A stretch of DNA of 32,000 nucleotides from Hyperthermus butylicus DSM 5456 (GCF_000015145.1 NC_008818.1:1020001-1052000), one strand, 5' to 3'; shown: positions 1-9,681, counted from the first letter of the stretch. The notes: a model not told the origin generated them from the sequence alone. Program-made: numbers and translations.

Positions 1-213
1 GCATATACCGCCCTGTGCGGCGATTATAGCGTACATTTACTCGGCAAGCTCGAGCAGATGAGTAGTGGTGAGAAGCTCAAAGTATATGTCGCTAAGAGCA
101 GTGCTGGCCTTCTAAAGGAGTCTGTGAAAGCCATAACCTCTGCTGGCCTAGCTGAACTCGCTGGAGAGGGGGAGGAGGGAGACGCCTACTACGTCATCCT
201 AGTGAAGAGGTAG
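1..213 (+). CDS. C-terminal part of a small TusA/SirA-like protein (partial, runs off the left edge)
   Basis: Open frame from base 1 to TAG at 211-213 reads AYTALCGDYSVHLLGKLEQMSSGEKLKVYVAKSSAGLLKESVKAITSAGLAELAGEGEEGDAYYVILVKR; spacing of 'L..M..GE.L.V' and terminal 'YYVILVK' resembles the TusA-like fold. Confidence 0.45.
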   Translation, partial: AYTALCGDYSVHLLGKLEQMSSGEKLKVYVAKSSAGLLKESVKAITSAGLAELAGEGEEGDAYYVILVKR

Positions 214-229
214 CGGGGGGTGGGGCCGC

Positions 230-820
230 TTGGCCCTCCTCCTACCCCTAAGTGCAGGGTTTTACGTATTTGCCGGAACGCTTGTTCTGGTGCTGGCGGC
301 GGGCATAGCTGCCACAGTGAGGAGCAGAACGGTTCTCGGCATTACTCCTCAGGCTAGGGTTCTCCGTTCCGCCTATGCCTCGCTGCTCCTGGGGAGCACT
401 AGGTCCTTTGTAGCCGCTATTGCTAGCTTCGTGTTCCACCTGGGCCTAGTGGTTATCGCTGTTCTCCACCTAACAATGCTTGGATACCTTGGCGCTAGAC
501 TCTACGTACTAGACGCGGGGGCTTTCCAGGCGATCATATACTGGCTCCGCGCGGTAGCAAAGACTGTAGCATTGTCGGGGACCATACTCCTACTCCTACA
601 TGTAGAACAGATGCTGCGGGGCTTCAGGCCAGCACTGGGCAGCATTACTGGCACTCTAATCCTCACAACGGCAGCCCTAGCCATAGCCACGGGGTATGCA
701 TCGCTAAATACTCACATAGCCCTGGGGCTCCTAGGAGCAGCATATGCCGCCTACACGGTGCTCAGCAGCCACATAACCAGAGGCTCGAAGCTCCTCGCCC
801 AGAGGATCCTCCGCACATAA
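230..820 (+). CDS. Multi-TM membrane protein, possibly cytochrome b / nitrate-reductase-gamma-like subunit
   Basis: 196 aa ORF with TTG start, several hydrophobic helices, and paired His in helices ('FVFHLGLVVIAVLH', 'LLLLHVEQM'). Confidence 0.5.
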   Translation: MALLLPLSAGFYVFAGTLVLVLAAGIAATVRSRTVLGITPQARVLRSAYASLLLGSTRSFVAAIASFVFHLGLVVIAVLHLTMLGYLGARLYVLDAGAFQAIIYWLRAVAKTVALSGTILLLLHVEQMLRGFRPALGSITGTLILTTAALAIATGYASLNTHIALGLLGAAYAAYTVLSSHITRGSKLLAQRILRT

Positions 821-1292
821 AAGCCTCAAGCCATAAGCCAGCTCTCCAGCACGATAGACAGTATAGACGCGCCTTTCCACAGACTATAGGACCACTAGGT
901 ACGATGCTAAGCCGTGCTGTGGGGCACAGAGGCACGTAAGCATAGCGCAGCGGGTTGATCATCGCTGCTGCCGGGAGGATATGGATACTGGTGCCATAGC
1001 GACAAATATGGCGGCGCGGCAGAGAGGAGCCTAACCTGGAACGAGTATAGAGGTCCACATGCCGCGTATATCCCTCGTGTACGATACTGCTTGCGCTACC
1101 TCACCACCACGATCTCTGAGCGTGTGCTAATGGGAACCAGGGCTATGGCGATGCCTGGGCCCGGCGAGACCCCTGGAAGCGGTGGTTGTAGGGCTCGGGA
1201 AGCGTGAAACCATGGTTCCTGCATGCCTCGACAATGGATGGCCTGGTAAGGCATAAATGTGTCTCCGGAGACACACTCATGCTCAGCTCTAA

Positions 1293-2184
1293 CGTGCAGC
1301 ACTCGTCAGGCTCCAACGAGCCCTAGGCCTACTCATAGACGATATTGCCGGGCTGTTCTACCCCCTCTACCAGGCTGCCCGAGAGGCTACTCTACCCCAA
1401 GGACAGAATGGAGGAGATCTACGCCTGGCACATTAGGCTCCCAGAGCTGAGCCAGCTCGCCAGCTTCCTCATCCTCGGCTACCTCTTCGGCTACGTGCTC
1501 AACACCCCGAGCCACTACCGGCTAGGCTTCATAGCGTTCGGGCTAGCGTCGCTGCTAACGACTCTCTACCTGGTAAAGTTCCTGCCAAGGCTCGACGCCG
1601 AGGAAAGGATCAGCGTTGAGGGCTTCAAGTTCAGGGTTGACAGGGAGTTCAAGCTCATACTGCTAGTCGAGGCCCTAATAACCCTCGCATGGTCGCTAGC
1701 ACCGGAGATAGTACTCCTCAACTACATAGTAAACGTGTTGGGGCTAACACTGTTTGAGGCAATGCTCGTCGAGGCATTCATATCGCTAGGTGCAATCCTA
1801 GCAACATACATATCGAAGATGCTGGATCGCCACCACCGCTTCAAAGCCATGGCCATAGGCTATAGCCTCGTATCGCTATGGGCGCTAATAATGTCCCAGG
1901 GAGCACCGTTCCCCCTTGTACTCGCTGCACACTTCTGCAAGGCTTGGCGAGGTACTCGCCTTCCCATCTACCGTTCATGGATCCTATCAAAGATCCCAAG
2001 AGAGAAGGCTAGCAGCCTACTCTCAGCACTCTCCAGCTACAGGAAGCTAATCGCACTCGCCTCACCAGCTATAGCGGGCAGCCTCGCAGAGCTAAACCCA
2101 ACACTACCATACTACGCCAGCCTAGCATTATTCATAGCCGCAACACTAGCACTACTAGCCCACGCCTACAGAGAACACACGTAG
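1293..2184 (+). pseudogene. MFS-type transporter, apparently frameshifted and N-terminally degraded
   Basis: ORF 1345-2184 is a polytopic protein starting mid-protein. The frame just upstream (from 1293) reads RAALVRLQRALGLLIDDIAGLFYPLYQAARE, typical of an MFS N-terminal domain, and joins the downstream frame (...YPKDRMEEIYAWHIRLPE) only via a frameshift near 1385-1405. Confidence 0.45.
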
Positions 2185-2517
2185 GTAGCTTTGTACGGCG
2201 AAAAGAACTCCATTGCAACGCTAGTCAGCTAGAGGAACGGTAAACGGGAAAGAGAGTTAGCCCTTGGAAAATAGAGAGATGCGGGGGAGAAAAACTGGGT
2301 GGGAAAAACTCCCTCCACCGAGGCCGGTATCTCAGCCTATCTCTTCACCGTGGTGTGGTATCACTTCGTTTAGCTCTAAGTCAAGCTGGCTGGCTATTGC
2401 ATGTGTTACTAGCATCTTTGCTACTAGTAGGGCTGCTAGGGCTAGTGGTGCAAGCTCACGAAGCCTTAACACCAGACTGGTTAGCCTCCTCATCCCTTAC
2501 ACCCCTCCGCCTGGTCC

Positions 2518-3624
2518 GTGAAAAGTGGTGCAGGCGGTCCCTCATGTAAGGTGGTCAGGATGGGCTCCTTGAAGCGTAAAGGACTACCGGTGATATCACG
2601 CATCCTAGTTCTCCTTTCATGCTACGACTACAGGCTTGAGGCCGAAAAGTTCGGCGTAGTAAAACAAACTATACACCCCATGGTTGCCTCAGCCCGAAAG
2701 AAGTACAAGCCCGTCTATCACATCAAGGACCTGAGGCCCCTGGGCTTCGCCACAATACTAGCCACTATGAGAGACAGGGAGCTGTGGCGCAAACTAGCAA
2801 ATACTAATAGTGTAGAGTACATAGAGAACCATGTTGTGTTGGGGAGGTATGTTTCATCGATAGTGTTAACAGTTGATGGACACATAATAGTGACCTACAA
2901 TGTGCCAAAAATACTACTTGATGATGCTGTCTCGGTCGTAGAGAAGTGGTATACTGATAGACAGGGGGAGGTCGTTGTTGGAGAGACTATGCCGGTTAGG
3001 AACTGTGCTGGGGTCGTTGGGCAGCTAGCTCTACCGAGTCTTGAGCAGCACTACCACGTAGCTAGGATGTTTGAGGAGTATCGTAGCCGTATGCCCTTCA
3101 TGGACTATATACTCTTATCGATACTCGATCATGATCCACTTCTCCCGCTTAGCGATGTGAGAAACCTTGTGCATGCTATAGAGGCTAGGATAGAGAAGGA
3201 GATTGGGGAGGGCCTACTACGCTACAGGTACGTGCTACGTCATTATCGTTCACTCTCAGAGAAAGGGGTGCTAGGTCGTGCCCGCATACCCAAGATAATA
3301 GAAGAACCTAAAACGGCGATAAGCATTATTGCTGAGGAAAAGTGTGCTCCCAAACTATACGCCTATGCGGCAGCGTATCTTGCATCAAGCAGGATGTTCA
3401 TATCCAAGAGTACTCTAGTGGTGGGGCTGTATGTTCCGCAAACCGTGGTAAATCGGCTAGCCGAGGAAGCCTATGATTGTATTATTGAGGCCTACGTGCC
3501 TGTGAAGGGGTTCCTGGCGCCGTTTCCGTTTGAGATGTATGATCCGATTAGGGATGAGTGGAGCCTGGAGCCGGTGTCGCAAGACATAGTCAACTTGCTA
3601 AGAAAGTTCCGGCTACTAGCGTAA
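2518..3624 (+). CDS. Conserved hypothetical archaeal protein; start may be internal (MGSLKRKGLP...)
   Basis: Long 368 aa ORF with balanced composition; possible regulator-like N-terminus (RLEAEKFGVVKQTIHPMVASARKKY). Confidence 0.75.
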   Translation: MKSGAGGPSCKVVRMGSLKRKGLPVISRILVLLSCYDYRLEAEKFGVVKQTIHPMVASARKKYKPVYHIKDLRPLGFATILATMRDRELWRKLANTNSVEYIENHVVLGRYVSSIVLTVDGHIIVTYNVPKILLDDAVSVVEKWYTDRQGEVVVGETMPVRNCAGVVGQLALPSLEQHYHVARMFEEYRSRMPFMDYILLSILDHDPLLPLSDVRNLVHAIEARIEKEIGEGLLRYRYVLRHYRSLSEKGVLGRARIPKIIEEPKTAISIIAEEKCAPKLYAYAAAYLASSRMFISKSTLVVGLYVPQTVVNRLAEEAYDCIIEAYVPVKGFLAPFPFEMYDPIRDEWSLEPVSQDIVNLLRKFRLLA

Positions 3625-3925
3625 GTGTGGAGGATGCAAGAGATGACACGTGATCGCCATCGATGACATTCTCGATTAAGCGTGATACGATCTTAGCGAT
3701 AGACGGGGAGATCTCCTCTACGAGGCGCATAGCCTTTTCTAGATTCTTTACGGCTAGGACAGCGAAGGGGACACCGTAGCGTGTTTTAGAGCTAGCGTTC
3801 AGCACTGCATAGAGCCCTGGCATTGCTCGGCGCAGGTATGCGTCAATCCTTTGCCAGCTCATCCCTGGCACCGATCCTGTATTAACTCGTGGTAATAGTT
3901 TTGACAGTATCCCGGGGACAGGCAT
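3590..3925 (-). CDS. Small conserved hypothetical protein
   Basis: 111 aa ORF converging with the 2518-3624 ORF; strong TATA-like element TTATATAA (3942-3950, minus strand) about 20 bp upstream of the ATG. Confidence 0.55.
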   Translation of the reverse strand: MPVPGILSKLLPRVNTGSVPGMSWQRIDAYLRRAMPGLYAVLNASSKTRYGVPFAVLAVKNLEKAMRLVEEISPSIAKIVSRLIENVIDGDHVSSLASSTLTLVAGTFLAS

Positions 3926-3940
3926 GAAGCCTGCCTGACC

Positions 3941-3951
3941 AAATTATATAA
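3941..3951 (-). promoter_or_regulatory. Candidate TATA box for the 3590-3925 gene (leaderless-type spacing)
   Basis: Minus strand reads CCTTATATAATTTGGTCAGGCAGGCTTCATG. Confidence 0.45.
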
Positions 3952-3974
3952 GGAGGGCCCGTGTCATATGATTA

Positions 3975-4004
3975 TTTATACAATTATGTTTTATACAATT
4001 ATGT
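3975..4004. repeat. Perfect 15-bp tandem duplication (TTTATACAATTATGT x2)
   Basis: Direct reading: TTTATACAATTATGT TTTATACAATTATGT. Confidence 0.85.
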
Positions 4005-4017
4005 AGTGTCGAGTTGT

Positions 4018-4095
<78 letters not shown>

Positions 4096-4229
4096 AGCCA
4101 GGCTCCATGTAGACTGCTATTCTCTGACGGGGGCTGCGTTATATTCGTTGCTGGCTGGGGTTTGTCTCTGGGTTTTTGAGGGGCTCCCGGTGGGTTTACT
4201 GGCTGGAGTAGTGGGGGTATAGGATTCCC

Positions 4230-5063
4230 TTGGCTGGTATTGTTGTGTCTGCTCAGCAGCCGGGTGGACTTGAGCAGATTGGTGACTTGTTGGCGCTGGC
4301 TATTGGGCTGCTAATAGTCATAATAATACTGGCGTACAGTATCCGTGTTGTACGGGAGTATGAGAGGGTTGTGGTGTTCCGTCTCGGCAGGATTATCGGT
4401 GCTAAGGGACCCGGCATAGTCATAGTTATACCCATCATTGACCGTGTGGTCATGGTTGACCTGCGTATCCATACGGTTGACGTGCCGAGGCAGAGGATCA
4501 TAACTAGGGATAATGTTGAGGTTTCTGTGGATGCCGTTGTCTACTATCGTGTGCAGGACCCGATTAAGGCTGTTACGACTGTGCGCAACTACCATCTCGC
4601 CGTCACAATGCTGGCGCAGACCGTGTTGAGGGATATCATTGGCAAGAGCGAGCTGGACGACCTGCTGACCCGGAGGGATGAGATCAACAAGGAGCTGCAG
4701 AAAATCCTCGACGAGTTGACAGATCCATGGGGTATCAAGGTTACAGCTGTAACGTTGAAGGAGGTTGTACTGCCCGAGGGTCTCGTAAGGGCTATGGCTA
4801 GGCAGGCTGAGGCTGAGAGGTGGAGGAGGGCTAAGATAATCGAGGCTGAGGGCGAGAGGCAGGCAGCCAAGATACTCGCTGAAGCAGCTGAGATCTATGA
4901 GCAGCACCCGGCCGCGCTGAGGCTGCGTGAGCTATCCACGCTCCTCGAGGTGGCTAAGGAGAAGAACCTCATAGTCTTCTACCCGCTAACCGCTGGCTTC
5001 GAGGGTGTTGCAAGCCTTACAGCGCTTGCCGAGGCTCGGAAGAGGAGTGGGGAGAGCCGGTAG
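4230..5063 (+). CDS. SPFH/band-7 domain protein (stomatin/slipin-like membrane protein)
   Basis: 277 aa: N-terminal TM then EYERVVVFRLGRIIGAKGPGIVIVIPIIDRVVMVDLRIHTVDVPRQRIITRDNVEVSVDAVVYYRV..., hallmark stomatin sequence. Confidence 0.95.
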   Translation: MAGIVVSAQQPGGLEQIGDLLALAIGLLIVIIILAYSIRVVREYERVVVFRLGRIIGAKGPGIVIVIPIIDRVVMVDLRIHTVDVPRQRIITRDNVEVSVDAVVYYRVQDPIKAVTTVRNYHLAVTMLAQTVLRDIIGKSELDDLLTRRDEINKELQKILDELTDPWGIKVTAVTLKEVVLPEGLVRAMARQAEAERWRRAKIIEAEGERQAAKILAEAAEIYEQHPAALRLRELSTLLEVAKEKNLIVFYPLTAGFEGVASLTALAEARKRSGESR

Positions 5064-5214
5064 CCTGTAACACTACCCTGGGAGCACTACACTCCGTTCC
5101 AATGTTTTTCCTCGCAGCCCATGCGTCGAGGGGATGCCCCTGCTCGCAATACATGTTATCTACCCGTGTGGTGCCTGGATTGCTTAGCAGTAAAAACAAT
5201 GTATTGGGAACAGA

Positions 5215-5412
5215 ATGGGTCGGACCATGAATCCTTGGCATATCTTGGTTTGGGGCATGGTTGTTCTAGTGTTTGTGGTGCTTAATAGCGTGTGTGTATG
5301 GCTTAGAGTAGTGGATGTGGAGCTTTTCGGGGAGCGAGACCCGCAGCCCCGGGGTTGTCAAGCTGCGGGGATGACTGGGCGGTTACCCAGCCGAATGCCT
5401 AATTTTTTCTAG
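5215..5412 (+). CDS. Possible small single-TM protein
   Basis: 65 aa ORF with one hydrophobic segment (ILVWGMVVLVFVVLNSVCVWL); otherwise unexplained intergenic space. Confidence 0.25.
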   Translation: MGRTMNPWHILVWGMVVLVFVVLNSVCVWLRVVDVELFGERDPQPRGCQAAGMTGRLPSRMPNFF

Positions 5413-5487
5413 GCTCCTGGATTCCCCGGTGTAGGCTCAAAGGATTTTTACGAATGGTGTACGTGTTGTTGTGCTGGTGGCTCGGCT

Positions 5488-5907
5488 GTGGCTAGGCTTG
5501 AGCCTGGGCTCCGGTGTGTTGAGGAGTTTCGTGTTGAGGAGGAGCATACAGCAAGCCATGTGGGTAGTGGGACTGTGAGGGTTCTCTCGACGCCTGCAAT
5601 GATAGCGTTTATGGAGATAACTGCTCTACATTGTGCTCAGAGGTACCTGGGGGAGGGGGAGACCACGGTAGGCACAATGGTCTGTGTGCGACACCTTGCG
5701 CCAGCTCCGGTTGGCGTGGTTGTGCGTGTTGAGGCTGTGCTCGAGAAAGTTGAGGGTAGGCGGCTCCTGTTCCGTGTCCGGGCCTGGTGGGGTGATACAC
5801 TGCTGGGTGAGGGTGAGCACGAGCGCTACATCGTGAACACGGAGAGGTTTCTGGCGAAAGTGGAGAAGATGCTGAGGGAGAAGCAGGAGAAAGAGACAAA
5901 AAGCTAG
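5488..5907 (+). CDS. Hotdog-fold thioesterase, fluoroacetyl-CoA thioesterase (FlK)-like
   Basis: EEEHTASHVGSGTVRVLSTPAMIAFMEITALHCAQRYLGEGETTVGTMVCVRHLAPAPVG matches the hotdog thioesterase pattern. Confidence 0.85.
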   Translation: MARLEPGLRCVEEFRVEEEHTASHVGSGTVRVLSTPAMIAFMEITALHCAQRYLGEGETTVGTMVCVRHLAPAPVGVVVRVEAVLEKVEGRRLLFRVRAWWGDTLLGEGEHERYIVNTERFLAKVEKMLREKQEKETKS

Positions 5908-6569
5908 GCTTCACCGAAGCTGCGGTCTCCGGCATCGCCCAGGCCGGGGACTATGAAGCCCTTCTCGTTCAGCTCTGGGTCCACGGCTCCGACCACAACA
6001 GCTATTTCCCCCTTCACGGCTTCGCGGAGTGTCTCTAGCCCCTCCCGAGTAGCTATCAGGGAAACCACCACGATTCTCTTGGCGCCTTCCCGCTCTAGGC
6101 GGGCCACGATCCTCGACAATGTGCTTCCCGTAGCTAGCATGGGGTCCACGGCGATGACGGTCTTATCCTTCACTGGGGGCACCCTCCAGTAGGGTACCTC
6201 CACGTCGAACACTAGCCTACCTTCCTGCTGCCTCCCCGTATCCTCGAGCCTCGTCGCGGCGGCGAAGCCTAGCACGGCGCGGGGGTAAAGTTCGAGGAGC
6301 CCCATAGCCATGGGTGCTGCCGCGCGGAGAACAGCAACCACCACAAGCTCTTCATCAGCTACCCGTACAGCGGAAGCTGTGGCGCCAAGGGGGGTTCTCA
6401 CAGTATCCCGTCTAGATGGGAGGAACCTGGCAGCCTCGTAGCCGAGGAGTATCCCGGCGAGCCTCAGCAGCTCCCGGAATCTCCACGGCTCGGTATGCTC
6501 GTCACGCAGTTCTAGGAGGATGCGTTGGAGGGCAGGATTCTCAGCGACGTGTAGCTCTAGACGGCTCAC
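5904..6569 (-). CDS. upp: Uracil phosphoribosyltransferase
   Basis: PRPP-binding motif 'VIAVDPMLATGSTLSRIV', RREGL-like region (RDTVRTPLGATA) and C-terminal GLGDAGDRSFG. Confidence 0.93.
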   Translation of the reverse strand: MSRLELHVAENPALQRILLELRDEHTEPWRFRELLRLAGILLGYEAARFLPSRRDTVRTPLGATASAVRVADEELVVVAVLRAAAPMAMGLLELYPRAVLGFAAATRLEDTGRQQEGRLVFDVEVPYWRVPPVKDKTVIAVDPMLATGSTLSRIVARLEREGAKRIVVVSLIATREGLETLREAVKGEIAVVVGAVDPELNEKGFIVPGLGDAGDRSFGEA

Positions 6570-6622
6570 CGGCCACCCAGATGGGGCCGCTACCGGGGCG
6601 TCCAGGGTTTATCAAGTCTGTG

Positions 6623-7012
6623 CTAGCCTAGCTGCATCCCGGACCGGCAGAGGGCCTCCACGAGACCGTAAACAGTGTCCACGAGAGCCTCGGCTAGCGC
6701 AACCTCGACCTCAGACTCTAGCCGCGGGAGCTTCTCAACCCTCAGCGCTACACCCTGCAGCACAGCCTGCAGCCTATCAGCCAGCTCCCCCACGGTACAG
6801 CGGGGCTCCACGCTACCCCAACACCCCGCGATGCAGGGCTCTACAGCCCCGGAGAGCGTCTCAGCCGCGCGCCGCAGCAGTCTGGCAAGCCCACTACCCC
6901 TCCCCCGCCCCTTACCCAGCGCCTCCGAGGCATCAGAGAGAATCGATAGTGCAACATCGCAGGCCTCGCGGAGAGCCCTGCTACAATCCCTATCCTGCAC
7001 CACCACAGCCAC
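6623..7012 (-). CDS. Hypothetical protein, helical
   Basis: 129 aa ORF in a gene-dense minus-strand run, overlapping the start of the next gene. Confidence 0.5.
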   Translation of the reverse strand: MAVVVQDRDCSRALREACDVALSILSDASEALGKGRGRGSGLARLLRRAAETLSGAVEPCIAGCWGSVEPRCTVGELADRLQAVLQGVALRVEKLPRLESEVEVALAEALVDTVYGLVEALCRSGMQLG

Positions 7013-7568
7013 CCAGGACTTCTCTGGCGTGCAGAGTGTAAAATGCTAGGAGTAGTATGATGCTTGTAAGCTCTGGTGGTGCTGCTCCAGGCGGTGTATC
7101 CCTCACTAGGTGCATGTACCAGAGCAAGCTGGTTGATGCGGTGCCCAGTGCTGCTGTTGCCAGCAGCTTGGGGCTGCGCTTCGCGCTGTAGGCTATGACG
7201 TAGGGTATCATTGCGAGGAAGAACGCGGCAGAGGCCACGAAGTGTGCATGACCATATGTCTCGTCGAACACTGCTACTAGCCCGAGCGTGAAGCCGACCA
7301 GGGCTAGGAGGACTGCCTCGAGCCCTCCAGCCCTAGGGATGCAGAGAACCGCGTAGACCGTGATTAGCACAGCGCCGGTGTAAAGCGCCGAGTTAAACAC
7401 TATGGCTGTTACGGGGTCGTAGCGCGGATTGCCAAGGTCGCTAAACGCGTTGTCCCAGAAGCTCCACCAGCCCGAAGCAAGCGTGGCCGCAACGGCTATA
7501 CCGGCGAGTGGTATGAGGGGCCCAGCTACAGCGAGAAGCATGCAGAGCTTGCACCGAGCCTTTGGCAA
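6990..7568 (-). CDS. DUF998-like polytopic membrane protein
   Basis: 192 aa, 'WWSFWDNAFSDLGNP...NSALYTGAVL' typical of DUF998 family N-termini, about 6 TM segments. Confidence 0.75.
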   Translation of the reverse strand: MPKARCKLCMLLAVAGPLIPLAGIAVAATLASGWWSFWDNAFSDLGNPRYDPVTAIVFNSALYTGAVLITVYAVLCIPRAGGLEAVLLALVGFTLGLVAVFDETYGHAHFVASAAFFLAMIPYVIAYSAKRSPKLLATAALGTASTSLLWYMHLVRDTPPGAAPPELTSIILLLAFYTLHAREVLGGCGGAG

Positions 7569-7676
7569 GGACGACTAGTCCCCAGAGTACCACTCCCCGG
7601 GCTTGCAGCTGAAAACCGCTTTCCCAGAGCGGGCCCTGAGCGTGTTCGGGGAGAGTAGCCGGCGGCGGTTATCGGT

Positions 7677-7964
7677 CTAGACCACGAAGAGAGCGCGTGG
7701 CGAGAACAGTACTCTATCGCCATCCTTTAGCCTCGTCTCTAGGCCGTCTAGGAAGTCTATCCTCCGCCCATTAACAGCTATCTCCACGGGGTAGCGTGGC
7801 TCACCCTTCTCATCCAGAATCCAGCTCTTAAAACCCGGCTTAACCTGGCTATCGATGTATTCTATGAGGTCCCTAACGGTGGCCCCCTCAGCCAGCTCTA
7901 TCTCGAGCTCAAAGCGACCCATTAGCTCGTAGAACTCCTGGATAAACACAGCCTTTACCTTCAA
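7677..7964 (-). CDS. MoaD/ThiS-family beta-grasp (ubiquitin-like) protein lacking the C-terminal Gly-Gly
   Basis: MKVKAVFIQEFYELMG...ATVRDLIEYIDSQV...VEIAVNGRRIDFLDGLETRLKDGDRVLFSPRALFVV; matches MoaD architecture up to 'DGDRVLF'. Confidence 0.8.
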   Translation of the reverse strand: MKVKAVFIQEFYELMGRFELEIELAEGATVRDLIEYIDSQVKPGFKSWILDEKGEPRYPVEIAVNGRRIDFLDGLETRLKDGDRVLFSPRALFVV

Positions 7965-8091
7965 GCCTTGCAGCCCCTCCTTCCAGGCCGTAGTACCGGG
8001 GCTCCGGGGAGATGGTGAGGGTTGTGGTGTCGGGCTCTACTCTTATCCCTAGCTCCGAGCCTATGCTTTCGATGGTCACCTCTGGCTACTA

Positions 8092-8799
8092 TTATATTCT
8101 GAAGCCCCTCCTCCTAGCGCACTCCAGCAGCCTCCTGGTAACCTGTTCGTAGTAACCGCCCTTGCTTAGGACGTAGCTGTAGATCCTTTGTGTCTTCTCG
8201 CCGAACACGTATGCGACCTTCCTGGCGGCCTCCTCGTCTAGGGCTATGTAGCGGTTCTCTGCCGCGAATACCTCCCTGGGCTGCCTCGGCTTGGGTGATG
8301 GCTTCTCAGCAGGCCTCCCAACACATAGTCCTACAACGGGTAGCACTTGCTCTGGCAGGTTGAGGATTTCCGCTATGCGGCAGGGGTTCGAGTAGAGCGC
8401 TATGAAGACTATGCCGTAGCCCAGACTCTCCGCTGCGAGTGCCGCCCAGCCAGCTGCAATACCGGCATCCACCACCCCTATGAGGAGGTGGCCCAGCCCG
8501 GGCTCGGCAAACTCCACGCCGTGAATCCTTGCGGCTTCGGCGAGCTTGCGGTAGTCGACGCTAAACACGAGGAACACCGGGGCCTTAGCTACGTGCTCCT
8601 GGCCGCCTACAGCTTCTGCAAGCTTAGCCTTCAGCTCTCCATCAGTTACAATGGTTACAGTGAAAGGCTGTATACCCCAGGACGTGGGTGCCCTCCGTGC
8701 AGCCTCAACAATGGCTTCGAGATCCTCAGGCTTGACGGGCTCATCTGTGTATTTGCGGATGCTGACGTGACGCGAAATTGTTTCTATGCAGCAGGACAT
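8092..8799 (-). CDS. Nitroreductase-family FMN oxidoreductase
   Basis: SIRKYTDEPVKPEDLEAIVEAARRAPTSWGIQPFTVTIVTD... plus GLGHLLIGVVDAGIAAGWAALAAESLGYG and VVGLCVGRP. Confidence 0.93.
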   Translation of the reverse strand: MSCCIETISRHVSIRKYTDEPVKPEDLEAIVEAARRAPTSWGIQPFTVTIVTDGELKAKLAEAVGGQEHVAKAPVFLVFSVDYRKLAEAARIHGVEFAEPGLGHLLIGVVDAGIAAGWAALAAESLGYGIVFIALYSNPCRIAEILNLPEQVLPVVGLCVGRPAEKPSPKPRQPREVFAAENRYIALDEEAARKVAYVFGEKTQRIYSYVLSKGGYYEQVTRRLLECARRRGFRI

Positions 8800-9140
8800 G
8801 CTGGCACACCGGTCTAGGGTACTGTAGCTAGCAGACTAGAATACATAACCCGCCCCAAACATCGAAGCGTAGTAAGCGAACAAATGGTGCTAGTGCTTGG
8901 AGGCGCTAAAGGGAATCCCGGAACCCACTATGTCCATATGATGTCCCTATAGCCTCCACGTGTAATCCGGGGCTATGTTCTGCAGCGTTCTGCGGCTAGC
9001 GTTCTAAGCCGCGCCCTTGGCTAGCGGGCAACACCACGCTATTTTGCATTCAACACAAGTGCTTAGCTATAACAATCAGCTAAAGCCAAGTGTACTTGCA
9101 ACTGACAAGAAGCGTAGTACCTGCATAGCCATAGGAAGGG

Positions 9141-9253
<113 letters not shown>

Positions 9254-9315
9254 AACCGCGTGGCTCCACGTTACGAGGTAGCCTTTCTGGAGGGGGGTAT
9301 ATTAAGGTTATTCTC

Positions 9316-9681
9316 CTATTGGTGGGTTTCTTCGCGCACCCAGCGGCAGTACTCGGCATAGCATGCTACTACGGGTACAGCAACTATCTCGGGTACTTGG
9401 TATGGATGTATCTCCTTAACTTTTTCAATCAGCTTGGGTAGCTTGTCCATAGAGGTTTTCACAATCAGCAAGTCCTCCTGATCATTCTCTATCTTGCCTT
9501 GCCACCAGTATCCGCTCTCAACAGGAGTGATGTTAATGCATGCAGCTAGTCTTTCCTCGAGCAGTTTCTGGGCTATTTCCTTGCCCTTACCTCTGGGCGT
9601 GGTGATGTAGACTACTACTACTCCACCCTCTATGGGAGCTGTACTTGTCAAGGCTTCAAACCCCGTTAGTACAATGCTCAA
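9316..9681 (-). CDS. cutA: Divalent-cation tolerance protein CutA; true start likely internal
   Basis: VVYITTPRGKGKEIAQKLLEERLAACINITPVESGYWWQGKIENDQEDLLIVKT...KEIHPYQVPEIVAVPV is diagnostic for CutA. Confidence 0.95.
   Translation of the reverse strand: MSIVLTGFEALTSTAPIEGGVVVVYITTPRGKGKEIAQKLLEERLAACINITPVESGYWWQGKIENDQEDLLIVKTSMDKLPKLIEKVKEIHPYQVPEIVAVPVVACYAEYCRWVREETHQ

Noticed and set aside
1096-1302. Small ORFs on both strands between the NarI-like and MFS genes
   Set aside because: Short, Cys/Arg/Pro-rich, mutually overlapping; more consistent with decayed sequence than genes.
4311-4907. 198 aa minus-strand ORF
   Set aside because: Entirely antisense to the well-supported SPFH gene and of unnatural composition.
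6520-7041. 173 aa plus-strand Pro/Arg/Ala-rich ORF
   Set aside because: Composition is typical of a GC-rich shadow frame opposite the 6623-7012 ORF.
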